Source: an uncultured Desulfatitalea sp. (lineage in GTDB: Bacteria > Desulfobacterota > Desulfobacteria > Desulfobacterales > Desulfosarcinaceae). From it: DNA of 64,000 nt. Of this stretch, positions 32,638 through 42,730 are shown in pieces. Both the position numbers and the translations under genes were made by a program. The notes under the pieces were generated by a model, which ran no database searches, was not told where the DNA came from, and saw nothing but the letters and a program-made list of their open reading frames with translations. How positions within the stretch are numbered: the first letter of the stretch is position 1; each line of letters begins with the position of its first letter. Where the stretch lies: the NCBI GenBank assembly GCA_963668675.2, contig CAXXMB010000002.1:800001-864000 (forward strand), written 5' to 3'.

Positions 32638-33546
32638 TCAAGAGCTGGAGAGATACTCCCAATACCCCTTCACGCTGTTGCGCAGAAAAAACCGCTCACG
32701 GCTCTGCACCTCTGAAGAGAGTTGGGAAAAGCCTGACAGAAGGGGATCTTCGGCGAGCAGTACTTCCAAGCACTCTTCCAGGGCATCGTCATCAGGTTCC
32801 GACCGCCCCTCGCGCCACCTGGCGATCATCTCCAGCCAGTCCGACAACTGACCCCGGTGGCGCCGAAGCATCCCGACCGCGTCATGGTACATGCCGACAT
32901 GACCATAGCAAATCCGTTGAGGCTGGTAACCGAGCAGCCGATCGATGCTCTCCTGGTAGATCTTAATACGAAACCGGGGAGGCGTGGCCGGACGCATATA
33001 ATAATGGTCATCCGCCAAAGGCAGACAAACCCCACCCACCTCACCACCAAAAAGCAAATCATCCATCAGGTAACTGAAATGGTGCGGCGCGTGCCCAGGC
33101 GTCGGAACCGCCGTAATACCCTGTGTCTCGAACCGATCTGCCGAAAGAATCTGTCCCGGCTTCACCGGATCGATGGGGCCATACCGGCGGGCCACCTCAC
33201 CCAACGTTTTAAGGGAGCCCTCCCACAACCGTTGAGGATCTTCCAGGTGGGTTACGGCCTTGGGGTGACACACAACCGGCGTACCAGGGAAAGCGTCGGC
33301 CACCTGGCCGATACCGCCGGAGTGATCGATATGCACATGGGTCAGCAGAATAAAATCGGGTTGCGTCACACCAATTTCGGCCAAAGCGGAAAGCAGATGA
33401 CCGCTGGTCGACGACGGCCCCACATCCACGACCACAACCGGCCCGGCCGTCCAAACCCAAGAGGTAATAAAATCGGAAAACCCGGCAATGGATACCGGTA
33501 AGGTAATCATGAAAAGGGAATCATCGATCCGGACAATATTTTTCAT
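32638..33546 (-). CDS. MBL-fold metallo-hydrolase
   Basis: VDVG, THVHIDHSGG, TPGHAPHH, ICYGH. Confidence 0.9.
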   Translation of the reverse strand: MKNIVRIDDSLFMITLPVSIAGFSDFITSWVWTAGPVVVVDVGPSSTSGHLLSALAEIGVTQPDFILLTHVHIDHSGGIGQVADAFPGTPVVCHPKAVTHLEDPQRLWEGSLKTLGEVARRYGPIDPVKPGQILSADRFETQGITAVPTPGHAPHHFSYLMDDLLFGGEVGGVCLPLADDHYYMRPATPPRFRIKIYQESIDRLLGYQPQRICYGHVGMYHDAVGMLRRHRGQLSDWLEMIARWREGRSEPDDDALEECLEVLLAEDPLLSGFSQLSSEVQSRERFFLRNSVKGYWEYLSSS

Positions 33547-33616
33547 TTGAATAGGCACCGGCAAGGAGGCGATGCACCACTTGCCGTTGGATACGGGGGT
33601 GGCCGTAACAGAACAG

Positions 33617-34270
33617 CTAAGGATTCATCGACTCTTTGAAAACCTTGTAGAACAAACCGTAATCGGCCATACCCCTTTGCAGAATCTTGTCGATATCGTC
33701 AATGTTGCGCAGGTTGAGGATCATGTTCACACTCTTCTGGAAAGCACTCATATGATCCATGGTGCGAAAGCGGGTGGTCAGCAGCGTCACGAACATGTTG
33801 CGGCGTGTCTCCATCCCCAGACGCTCAAGATAGATCAGCACAGGATTGGCATCCGGATCGCGGGTGTCGAAGTACTCATTGAGCAACACCAGGTCATAGG
33901 TGTGGTAGCGCATCTTCTTGAGCGCTTCACGGCTGTTGGGCGCCTCGGTCACATGGTACTCGAGCAGATCCAGCGTGGGACGCACCTTTTCCCGTATCAG
34001 CGCATCGGAGTCGCACACCAGGGCTGTCTTGCCCTCCTCTTCGATAAAATCGAACGGCTTCTCGGAGGCGTCATACCCTTCGCCATCATCTTCCGCAAAG
34101 TCGAAGAGATCATCAAAAGCGGCATCGCCGTCATCGTCATTTTTCGCCGGCCGGGTGACACTGATCTTCTCCTGACAGCGCGGGCATTTCAGGGTGACCA
34201 TTTTACCTTCAGGCAGTTTCTCGTCGGCGACTTTCAACTTACCGTTGCAATTTTGACAGACAATTTCCAT
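33617..34270 (-). CDS. Zinc-ribbon (MJ0042-like) protein with C-terminal pseudo-receiver domain
   Basis: CQNC...KCPRC, acidic linker, REC-like fold (ALVCDSD, YDLVLLNE). Confidence 0.7.
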   Translation of the reverse strand: MEIVCQNCNGKLKVADEKLPEGKMVTLKCPRCQEKISVTRPAKNDDDGDAAFDDLFDFAEDDGEGYDASEKPFDFIEEEGKTALVCDSDALIREKVRPTLDLLEYHVTEAPNSREALKKMRYHTYDLVLLNEYFDTRDPDANPVLIYLERLGMETRRNMFVTLLTTRFRTMDHMSAFQKSVNMILNLRNIDDIDKILQRGMADYGLFYKVFKESMNP

Positions 34271-34361
34271 AGGTCAATCCGATGCTCCCTTGGTCGGCTC
34301 CCAATCGAACGGAGCCTCCATTAAGTTCCATAGCGATGCGGAGGTTGAAAAAACACCGCTA

Positions 34362-35528
34362 TCAAACCTTTTTGTGGTAGCCCCGATCCAGCTCCAGATC
34401 TTTGATGTCCGTGGTGGCCTCTCCCCTGGCACTCTTCACCTTGTCGATACCCCGGCTGGTCACGGCCTTATGGGAGGAGTAGGCCAGAGCCGTCTCCTGG
34501 GTGACCAATCCCTTCTCATAAAGCTCCACAATATAATCGTCAAACGTCATCATACCGAAGGGCCTTCCGGCCTGCATCATCTCGTAGTAGGTCTTGCCCT
34601 CCGATTCGCCGTTCAATATGGCCTCTTTCACGCGAAGATTGGACCTTAGAATCTCGAATGCAGCGACCCGGCCACCACCGACTTTGGAGAGCAGGCGTTG
34701 GCTGACGACCCACCGGACCGTGTCGGCCAGGCGGATGCGCACCTGCTTCTCCTCTTCGTTGGTGAACATGCCCAGAATACGGTTGATCGTCTGGCCGGCA
34801 TCCACCGTATGGAGCGTGGTCAGAACCAGATGGCCTGTTTCAGCCGCCGTCAAACCAATCTCGACGGTTTCACGGTCGCGCATTTCGCCGACCAGAATCA
34901 CCTTCGGCGCTTGTCGCAGCGCAGCTCGCAAGCCGTTGGCAAAAGAGTCGTAATCCCGACCCAGTTCGCGCTGATTGAAGGTCGCCTTCTTGTGGGGATG
35001 CTGATATTCGATGGGGTCTTCCAGGGTAACCACGTGGACGGCGCGTCGTTCGTTAATCTCCTCCAGAATCGCAGCCAGCGAAGTCGTTTTACCGGTACCG
35101 GTTGCGCCGGTAAAGATGATGATGCCGTTGAGCTCCCCCCCCATCTCCAGAAAAGAGTCGGGCAACTTCATATCCCGGATGGTGGGCACCTTGGATTCCA
35201 ACTGCCTGAGAACGATAGATAAATGGCCCGATTGGGCAAAAATGTTCACACGAAAGCGGGCCTTTCCGGGAAGGCTGTAGGAGAGGTCGCACGATCCGGT
35301 TCGCATCAGGGTCTCGGTCAGACGCCGGTCGCCGTCGATCAGATTCAAGGCCACGATTTCGGTCTGAAATGGGGTCAGACTTTCGATCTGGGGCTTGGTG
35401 TTGACCGGCAGCAACTCACCGGAGCTCTCCACCTGCAGTGGCCGACCGACCGTCAGGTTGAGATCCGAAACGTTGCTGTGCGAATCAAGCATTCGGGTGA
35501 GAATATGATCGATCTCTTGTTTTTTCAT
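34362..35528 (-). CDS. pilU: Type IV pilus retraction ATPase paralogue (PilT/PilU family)
   Basis: RFRVNIF, GATGTGKTT, EDPIE, ALRQAP, GEMRD, AAETGHLV. Confidence 0.85.
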   Translation of the reverse strand: MKKQEIDHILTRMLDSHSNVSDLNLTVGRPLQVESSGELLPVNTKPQIESLTPFQTEIVALNLIDGDRRLTETLMRTGSCDLSYSLPGKARFRVNIFAQSGHLSIVLRQLESKVPTIRDMKLPDSFLEMGGELNGIIIFTGATGTGKTTSLAAILEEINERRAVHVVTLEDPIEYQHPHKKATFNQRELGRDYDSFANGLRAALRQAPKVILVGEMRDRETVEIGLTAAETGHLVLTTLHTVDAGQTINRILGMFTNEEEKQVRIRLADTVRWVVSQRLLSKVGGGRVAAFEILRSNLRVKEAILNGESEGKTYYEMMQAGRPFGMMTFDDYIVELYEKGLVTQETALAYSSHKAVTSRGIDKVKSARGEATTDIKDLELDRGYHKKV

Positions 35529-35623
35529 GGCTCTCCTCTTTGCGGCTGGCACAGTGCCCTATCATGGAACGCCGCCGGTTCGCCCGATGGATGCATCGCT
35601 CCCCCGCCTGGTGGGACGGGCGT

Positions 35624-36706
35624 TTACGCCTCAGTGAAATCGGTTGGCGGTGCCTTGAGCAGCGGGCGGAAACGGCCCTTGTCGTTGGCCTTGGTGTAAG
35701 CGGCGTCGGCGCTGATCCTGCCTTTGTTAAAAAGCTCCATGATGGCGTCATCGAGCAACTGCATCCCGTACTTTTTCCCGGTTTGAATCATCGACGGGAT
35801 CTGGTGCGATTTGCCTTCGCGGATCAGATTGCGCACCGCCGGGGTGGCAATCAAAATCTCCAGGGCCGGAATCCGCCCCTTTTTATCGATCCGCTTGAAG
35901 AGCGTCTGGGAGATGATGGCGCGGATACCGTCCGACAAGGTGGATCTGATCTGCGCCTGCTCCTCGGCCGGGAAGACCTCCACGATACGGTCGACCGTTT
36001 TGGCCGCGCTGGTGGTATGCAGGGTCGAAAAGACCAAGTGGCCGGTAGAGGCCGCCTCGATGGCCAGACTCATGGTAATCAAGTCACGCATCTCGCCAAC
36101 CAGAATGATATCGGGATCTTCACGAAGGGCACCACGCAGGGCTGCGGAGAACGATTTGGTATGAATCCCCACCTCCCGATGGTTGACCAGGCACCCCTGG
36201 CTGTTGTGCACAAATTCGATCGGATCTTCGATGGTGATAATATGGTCGGACCGGGTGCGGTTGGCTTCGTCGATAATGGCCGCCAACGTGGTCGACTTGC
36301 CGCTGCCGGTGGGGCCCGTGACGATCACCAGTCCACGCGGCAAAGAGGCCAGCTTGGCCATCACCGACGGCAGCCCCAACTGTTCACACGTCATGATGTT
36401 GCTGGGGATCTCCCTGAAAACCGCCCCGACACCATTTTTCTGCATGAAAAAATTGGCGCGGTAGCGTGCCAGGCCTGGGATTTCATAGCCAAAGTCCACA
36501 TCTCCGGTCTCTTCAAAGGTTTTGATTTTATCTTCGGCCGCAATTTCGTAAAGCATGGCGCGCAGCCCGTCATTGTCAAGTACCTTATATTTGACGCGTT
36601 CGATATCGCCATGCACGCGAAGGGCGGGCGGTTGCCCGGACATGAGGTGCAGGTCGGAGGCATTCTGTTCGTGCATCAATTTGAAAAAAGCATCAATTTT
36701 GGCCAT
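35624..36706 (-). CDS. pilT: Type IV pilus retraction ATPase PilT
   Basis: ASDLHL, GPTGSGKSTT, EDPIE, LREDPD, GEMRD, AVRNLIRE, GMQ. Confidence 0.93.
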   Translation of the reverse strand: MAKIDAFFKLMHEQNASDLHLMSGQPPALRVHGDIERVKYKVLDNDGLRAMLYEIAAEDKIKTFEETGDVDFGYEIPGLARYRANFFMQKNGVGAVFREIPSNIMTCEQLGLPSVMAKLASLPRGLVIVTGPTGSGKSTTLAAIIDEANRTRSDHIITIEDPIEFVHNSQGCLVNHREVGIHTKSFSAALRGALREDPDIILVGEMRDLITMSLAIEAASTGHLVFSTLHTTSAAKTVDRIVEVFPAEEQAQIRSTLSDGIRAIISQTLFKRIDKKGRIPALEILIATPAVRNLIREGKSHQIPSMIQTGKKYGMQLLDDAIMELFNKGRISADAAYTKANDKGRFRPLLKAPPTDFTEA

Positions 36707-36840
36707 GATCAACTCCCTGATTGGATTGCCCGGAACACCCGCAAAGGTGAAATACCGATGGCGCTATGGAATAACAACAGCCCATATTAAAAATTGACTG
36801 TCCGGTTCTCTCTTCATTATCGGCCAATAGGCTGGGGGGT

Positions 36841-37356
36841 TTAACTTAAAGTGCTGGGTGGTTGTTTGAGGACAGCCACTTTGCCATCGGATTCATCCAA
36901 TGCGTCCATGCTCTCCTTGCCGATCTCCAGCAACTTGCTGTGCGCTTCGATGACGGATCGTATCTGCACTTCAATCTGCATGCGCTGTCGTTTGAGTTCG
37001 GAGATATCTTCATGGAGCTGGGAGAGCCGATTGTGGGCACGGTTCAGAATCTTCTCCGCCTTGACTTCCGCATCGGCGATGATGATCTCAGCCGATTTGC
37101 GGGCATTGTCCTTCATCTGCTCCAACACCTTTTGGGAGTTGAGCATCGCACGTTTGAACGTCTCTTCACGCTCCTTATATCCCTGGGATTCTAGCTTCAG
37201 ACGGCGCAACTCCTCTTTGATCTTCTTGTTCTCTTCCTGTAGCGAGGTGATCGTCTCCGCCGCCTGCTCCAGAAATCGATCGACTTCACGAATATCGAAC
37301 CCTCTGAAGCGAACCCTGAATTGCTGCTGTTGTATATCGACTGGTGTAAGGCTCAT
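36841..37356 (-). CDS. divIVA: DivIVA domain coiled-coil protein
   Basis: LTPVDIQQQQF..RFRGFDIREVDRFLE N-terminal motif followed by a long coiled coil. Confidence 0.88.
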   Translation of the reverse strand: MSLTPVDIQQQQFRVRFRGFDIREVDRFLEQAAETITSLQEENKKIKEELRRLKLESQGYKEREETFKRAMLNSQKVLEQMKDNARKSAEIIIADAEVKAEKILNRAHNRLSQLHEDISELKRQRMQIEVQIRSVIEAHSKLLEIGKESMDALDESDGKVAVLKQPPSTLS

Positions 37357-37778
37357 ACAACGTCTCCCTGCAAGTGTGCTGACGTAAGCATTTTAAACCG
37401 TGCCAGATTCCGTACCGAGGTCAAGCGTTGAAACCAGATGTTCAACATTTATAACCTTTGGAGAAGAGAACACTAACGGCACTGGCATCGAATAGCGTCT
37501 AAAATCTTCTCTGTCGCACCTTTTTTTGGCTCAGGATAGTTCCAAAACAGTGGATATGTCAAGATTTTTCATGGGTTGCGGCACCTGCCGACCCTTGAAC
37601 GAGCGGGATTGGCCGCCTCTTTCTCGCCACATCGCTTCTAACCCATGGCCGTAGTCCCCTGTTCCGTTTCAATCGACTCAAGCCTTTTAATAAACCACCG
37701 ATATACTGTTCATATCGCCTTTGGCGATCTTCTATGCTATAGATTGAGATATAAAATTGAAATGGATGACGTGACCTT

Positions 37779-38195
37779 ATGAAAAATGGATCTAAGCTCT
37801 ACAACGGACTGAAAGCACTCTCCGATGCCGCCTTTCCCAAGCAGTGCCCCTCGTGCGGGCGCCGCTACGAGTCGGCCGAAGAGTTTATCCGCGAAACCCG
37901 ATCGATACGGGAAGAGATCAGCGGCTTGAAAAGCGCCACCGACGATGAATCGCAACCGATGGTCGAACTCTACCGCAACTGCCCCTGCGGCTCGACACTG
38001 ATGGATTGTTTCGACGACCGCCGGGACTTGAGCCACCCCGGGCTTAAAAGACGCAGACTTTTCGGCCAATTGCTTGAAATGCTCCACCGCAAAGGCCTCC
38101 AGACACATATCGCCAGAGTGGAGTTGATTCGATTGATGAGGGGAGAGCAAAGCTCTGCTTTGTCTGACATTGGTGTGAAGACAAAGAAGCTATGA
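37779..38195 (+). CDS. Conserved hypothetical protein, putative Zn-binding
   Basis: FPKQCPSCG and LYRNCPCGSTLM Cys motifs; 138 aa. Confidence 0.65.
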   Translation: MKNGSKLYNGLKALSDAAFPKQCPSCGRRYESAEEFIRETRSIREEISGLKSATDDESQPMVELYRNCPCGSTLMDCFDDRRDLSHPGLKRRRLFGQLLEMLHRKGLQTHIARVELIRLMRGEQSSALSDIGVKTKKL

Positions 38196-39491
38196 CAACG
38201 GCATCGGCGTTGACGGCACAGGATCTTTGAGCGCCACCATGAAGAAGGGCCCCAATGGCGTCTCCTTGCCAAATGTAAATTTCATAAACTCGCGCATCAG
38301 TTCACTGACCAGCTGATTTTTATCCATAGTGGCCACATACGCCTCGGGGTCGAGCTTTGATACCGCTTTCTTGCGCTTCAACTTCTCATCGTTCCGCGCC
38401 TTATCGCAGATGAAACTCACCGCCTCCGTGGCCTTCTCTCTCAAAGTGGCCTCATCCAGCCGGTTTAGCGACCGGTATACCCTCTCGAGCTTATCCGCAC
38501 TGGGCATCTTTTCCGACTCCAGCAAGGCCTTGAATTGAGTCGTTTGCCGCTCCATCCCTTTGCGAATATGGTGCGATTCCACAAGATTGAAACCGGCCCA
38601 CCCGGCGCCCAGCCATTGGAAGATGCCGATCTTGACCTTGCCGGGACGGTTGAGGTCTTCGATGTAGGCGCAAATAGAGAAAAATTTGTAAATTCTGGTC
38701 TTCATCCATCCCAGACCACCTTTATTCAACCCATTTTCCTGAGTGTAGAGGTAGCTCCAATCCTGGTCGTCTCCGACAATGAAGCCCTTTTTGCCCACAT
38801 CCGATTCACCCATCTGGTTGGATATGGAGAACATGACCCTGAAATCGCCCTGCTGGTAAAGCAGAAACGCCCTCTTGAGCCCATACTCGTAGTAGGCGCC
38901 CGTATGAAGATCCGGAGAGATGGTCTCCCGCACGACCCCCCTTACCGTTTTGGGTTTGGAGAGATCGGTGAGCATTCGCCACAATTCGGGGGGGCCGGCA
39001 GTGCCGGCGGAGGTCATCTCCCATTGTGAATAGTTGACCGATGAAGCGTTGATCGCGCCTTCCGGAATCTGTTGATTGTAAGCGTAACGCAAGGCTTCGG
39101 GCAGGGGACGATCCAGTGAATAGGCAATGAAGGCACCGTTGATCTCCTCCCGCGGCTCAAGTGTAGGCTTGGAAAGCTCGTCGGCTTTGAGAATAAAGTT
39201 AACCACCGGATCGACTTTGGAAAAATCGAGCCCCGCCTCCGATGTTTCGTCACACAGGTCGAGCAAATAGGTTAAACCGGCTTCCGGTAAATCACTTCGT
39301 CCGGTGGCAACAGGGTCATACATTCCGGTATCACTATCGGCAACAGCGGGTATGGTAAACAGGCAGATCAGTGCCAACGCGAAGAGGTGCCAAAAACCGA
39401 CGGTGATCCCTGTCAAAATTCCGGCTTTTGGGTCGTTTTTTATGTCTCTTATAGGATACAAGAGGTCTCCTTTTAGTCTAATCTTTTCCAT
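38190..39491 (-). CDS. Hypothetical exported/membrane-anchored protein
   Basis: Long ORF with hydrophobic N-terminal segment (LFALALICLFTIPAVA); start uncertain. Confidence 0.7.
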   Translation of the reverse strand: MEKIRLKGDLLYPIRDIKNDPKAGILTGITVGFWHLFALALICLFTIPAVADSDTGMYDPVATGRSDLPEAGLTYLLDLCDETSEAGLDFSKVDPVVNFILKADELSKPTLEPREEINGAFIAYSLDRPLPEALRYAYNQQIPEGAINASSVNYSQWEMTSAGTAGPPELWRMLTDLSKPKTVRGVVRETISPDLHTGAYYEYGLKRAFLLYQQGDFRVMFSISNQMGESDVGKKGFIVGDDQDWSYLYTQENGLNKGGLGWMKTRIYKFFSICAYIEDLNRPGKVKIGIFQWLGAGWAGFNLVESHHIRKGMERQTTQFKALLESEKMPSADKLERVYRSLNRLDEATLREKATEAVSFICDKARNDEKLKRKKAVSKLDPEAYVATMDKNQLVSELMREFMKFTFGKETPLGPFFMVALKDPVPSTPMPLS

Positions 39492-39830
39492 AGGCCGTAC
39501 GTTGCCTTCAAGCCGAGCAAAAGCACATCCCTTCATAATAAGGCTTGGGTTATAAAAGTCACCTATCAGGTCCATCTTGCTGTTCAAGGCGAATTGGATG
39601 AACGCGGACGACGGCCATCTATGGGGTCATCGCAAATGGTGGTTGGTGTTTTCTCTGACTGCCAAACCAATAACGATAATGGTTTCGATTATTATCGTGA
39701 ACACCCTTTGCGGTCAAGCCCCAAGGTGCTTTCATCCGCACCCCCGGCAGTAGCTTCGATTTTTTATTGACAATCCAAGTGCAGACCATAAAGTAGCCAC
39801 TGAATCTGATGCTTGAAAGCGGTATTCGAA

Positions 39831-39846
39831 TGCAACCGTTGTGCCA
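39831..39846 (-). promoter_or_regulatory. Putative sigma54 (-24/-12) promoter
   Basis: TGGCAC-AACGG-TTGCA, exact consensus spacing, pointing toward the 38190-39491 gene. Confidence 0.55.
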
Positions 39847-39875
39847 CAACAGACCAAATTTTGGAGATCCTCACA

Positions 39876-40706
39876 ATGCTTCGGGATAAACATATCGGTT
39901 TTATCGGTACGGGTAACATGGGCGAGGCGCTGATCAAAGGTTTGTTACAATCCGGCCTTTCCGACAGCGAGCAACTGTGTTGTTCGGATGCGAGAAGCGA
40001 GCGACTTGCAGAGCTCCAAAAACGCTATGGCATTCAAACCATCGGCGACAATTCCGAGCTGGCCGGGAAATGCGACGTGGTCGTTTATGCCGTCAAACCC
40101 CAAGTCTTAGGCTCGGTGATCAAAGAGACGGCCGGGGCATTGGACGACACCAAAGTGGTCATCTCCATCGCCGCCGGCGTCCCGCTGTCGGCGATTGCGA
40201 CCGTGGCAGGGAAACCCCTGCGGCTCGTGCGGGCCATGCCCAATGTCTGTGTATCGGTCGAAGCCGGAGCCACCGCGGTTGCTCCGGGCGAACATGCCAA
40301 AGCCGGGGACCTGGAACTGGCTCAGGCCATCTTCAACTCGGTGGGCCGCTGCGTCATCGTCCAGTCGGAAGCGCTGCTCGATGGGGTCACCGGTTTGAGC
40401 GGCAGCGGACCGGCCTATATTTTTGTCATTCTGGACGCCATGGCCGATGCCGGCGTCAAGGTGGGTCTGGCACGCAACGAAGCGCTGCTGCTTGCAGCGC
40501 AAACGCTGATGGGGGCCGCGAAAATGCATTTGGAGACCGAGATGCACCCAGGGCAGCTGAGGGACATGGTCACATCACCAGGTGGAACGACCATTGCAGG
40601 TCTTCATGCACTGGAGCGGGAAGGCATCCGCAATGCCATGATGAATGCGGTGGAAGCGGCCACCATGCGCGCCAAGGAACTTGGTGAGCTGGTGCGACTT
40701 GGATAG
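39876..40706 (+). CDS. proC: Pyrroline-5-carboxylate reductase
   Basis: GFIGTGNMG, AVKP, SIAAG, RAMPN, SGSGPAY, VTSPGGTT. Confidence 0.96.
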   Translation: MLRDKHIGFIGTGNMGEALIKGLLQSGLSDSEQLCCSDARSERLAELQKRYGIQTIGDNSELAGKCDVVVYAVKPQVLGSVIKETAGALDDTKVVISIAAGVPLSAIATVAGKPLRLVRAMPNVCVSVEAGATAVAPGEHAKAGDLELAQAIFNSVGRCVIVQSEALLDGVTGLSGSGPAYIFVILDAMADAGVKVGLARNEALLLAAQTLMGAAKMHLETEMHPGQLRDMVTSPGGTTIAGLHALEREGIRNAMMNAVEAATMRAKELGELVRLG

Positions 40707-40724
40707 CAGCTCAGGACGATAGAG

Positions 40725-41204
40725 ATGGTTAAATCACTTACAATCCCAAATAAAAACCCTTTGAACACACTCGAGCGCGCAGGGCGTATCCTGTTAGGGG
40801 CCATTTTCGTTTACGCCAGCCTGGATAAAATCCTGGATCCAGCCGCATTTGCCCAGGCCATTGCCAATTACCAAATTCTGCCCCCCACATGGGTTAACGC
40901 CGTGGCATTGATGCTGCCATGGCTTGAAGCGGTAAGTGGCATCTGTCTGATAACGGGCAAACTGATGCGGGGCAGTGCCCTGGCGATCACTCTGATGCTC
41001 ATCTTGTTCATGGGGGCTTTGGGATACAACGCCTATCGAGGAGTGGATATCGCCTGCGGCTGTTTCTCTCTGAACAATGAAGCCGCCGGCCGCATCTACA
41101 TGGACCTTTCGAGAGATGCTGCCCTGTTGGCCGTCGCGCTTATGGTGCTGGTGCGCACCCGGACAACGGCGCCCTTGAAGCAGCCTTACGGTCAGCCACG
41201 GTGA
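40725..41204 (+). CDS. MauE/DoxX family membrane protein
   Basis: RILLGAIFVYASLDK, LPWLE, IACGCF. Confidence 0.85.
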   Translation: MVKSLTIPNKNPLNTLERAGRILLGAIFVYASLDKILDPAAFAQAIANYQILPPTWVNAVALMLPWLEAVSGICLITGKLMRGSALAITLMLILFMGALGYNAYRGVDIACGCFSLNNEAAGRIYMDLSRDAALLAVALMVLVRTRTTAPLKQPYGQPR

Positions 41205-41245
41205 CCTCCTTCTGCCAACACCAAATCATATGACAACCTGTTGCC

Positions 41246-41950
41246 ATGTTTGAAGAAGTCGAATACAGCGCCGCACTCATCGCCGGACTGCTCTCCTTTT
41301 TTTCACCGTGCATTCTGCCGCTGGTGCCCTCCTACTTCTCTTTCATCACCGGCATATCCATAGACAGACTGGCCAGTGCCGAAGGGTCCGAGGTGCGCCG
41401 CAAGATCGTGTTGAGCACCCTGGCTTTCGTCTTCGGCTTCTCCATCGTCTTCATCATGCTCGGGGCGACCGCCGCCTTTTTCAGTGGATTGCTTCAGGGC
41501 GCCAGGGTCTATATCCGTTTGGTGGGTGGGGCGCTGATCATCATTCTGGGGCTTCATCTGATGGGTGTTGTACGGATTCGATTCCTGGACATCGAAAAGA
41601 GGGCCCACCTGAGCCGAAAACCGGTCCACTTCATGGGCACCGTGCTCATCGGCATGGCCTTTGGCGCCGGCTGGAGCCCGTGCATCGGGCCAATGTTGGG
41701 GTCCATATTGATTTTGGCCGGAAACCAGGATACCGTGGCCCAAGGCATCGTTTTGTTGTCGCTCTACTCAGCGGGCCTGGCATTGCCGTTTATCGTCTTG
41801 TCGATCGGCATTCATTTTCTGATCGCATTCATTCGTCGGGCCGCCAAAGCCATTCGCTATATCAACATCGGCGCCGGCGTGCTGCTCATCCTCACCGGCC
41901 TCTTGCTGATGACCGATAAATTGAGGCTGCTGAGCTATTTCAGCTTTTAA
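41246..41950 (+). CDS. ccdA: CcdA/DsbD-beta family thiol-disulfide electron transporter
   Basis: AGLLSFFSPCILPL and GWSPCIGP redox Cys motifs; multiple TM helices. Confidence 0.92.
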   Translation: MFEEVEYSAALIAGLLSFFSPCILPLVPSYFSFITGISIDRLASAEGSEVRRKIVLSTLAFVFGFSIVFIMLGATAAFFSGLLQGARVYIRLVGGALIIILGLHLMGVVRIRFLDIEKRAHLSRKPVHFMGTVLIGMAFGAGWSPCIGPMLGSILILAGNQDTVAQGIVLLSLYSAGLALPFIVLSIGIHFLIAFIRRAAKAIRYINIGAGVLLILTGLLLMTDKLRLLSYFSF

Positions 41951-41962
41951 GGAGTCACCCTA

Positions 41963-42430
41963 ATGAAACGCATCATCTGCATAATCCTTGCAGCGACGAT
42001 TGTCGCGCTGGTCTCGATATCCGCCGTCACAGCGGCCAATGATCCTGCCGCCAACATCAATTGGCGCAGCTTTGACGAGGCCCAGAAAGAGGCTCAGACC
42101 CAATCGCGCAAATTCCTGCTCTATTTCTATACCGACTGGTGCGGCTACTGCCGGAAACTCGAAAATAACACCTTTGTGGACAAAGAGATCGCCGCGTATG
42201 TCAATCAAAACTTCATCCCGGTGCGCATCAATTCGGAGAAGAAGCCGAAAATCGCCGCCCGTTATCGCATCAGCGGAGTGCCCAACCTGAGATTCCTGAC
42301 GGCCAAAGGTGAAGACATTGCCCACTGGCCGGGCTACATCGAGGCCGACCGGTTTCTTCCGCTGCTCAAATTCATACACAGCGACAGCTACCTTAAAATG
42401 GGATACAGCGACTTTCTCAAACAGAAGTAG
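41963..42430 (+). CDS. Exported thioredoxin family protein (SoxW/DsbD-gamma like)
   Basis: Signal peptide, FYTDWCGYC, GVP cis-Pro loop. Confidence 0.88.
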   Translation: MKRIICIILAATIVALVSISAVTAANDPAANINWRSFDEAQKEAQTQSRKFLLYFYTDWCGYCRKLENNTFVDKEIAAYVNQNFIPVRINSEKKPKIAARYRISGVPNLRFLTAKGEDIAHWPGYIEADRFLPLLKFIHSDSYLKMGYSDFLKQK

Positions 42431-42460
42431 ATTTAAAACCACGAGTGGCAGAAAGAGGCC

Positions 42461-42730
42461 CTAATAGTCCTGATCCTGGAAATGGTGACCGTAGTGGCGT
42501 TTGATCAGGCGGTATACAACCGACGTGCTGGCGATAAAACTTAAGACGAGGAGTGTGACCGGCACCCAGAGATGGTGAAGATAGTCCGGCCGGGAGGACG
42601 CCACGGCAATACCGGCACCGCTGAAAACAGCAACTCCGATCAGTGCCACCAGCAGAATCCAGCACGCCGCATTGCTGTCATACCAGGGTGCAATCGCTTT
42701 TCGAAACAGTGGATTGGGATCTATTTTCAT
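42461..42730 (-). CDS. Small two-TM hypothetical membrane protein
   Basis: NPLFRKAIAPWYDS followed by two hydrophobic helices; 89 aa. Confidence 0.6.
   Translation of the reverse strand: MKIDPNPLFRKAIAPWYDSNAACWILLVALIGVAVFSGAGIAVASSRPDYLHHLWVPVTLLVLSFIASTSVVYRLIKRHYGHHFQDQDY

Noticed and set aside
37388..37405. TGGCAC motifs upstream of divIVA and at ~51848 and ~51887
   Set aside because: Spacing to the GC does not fit -24/-12.
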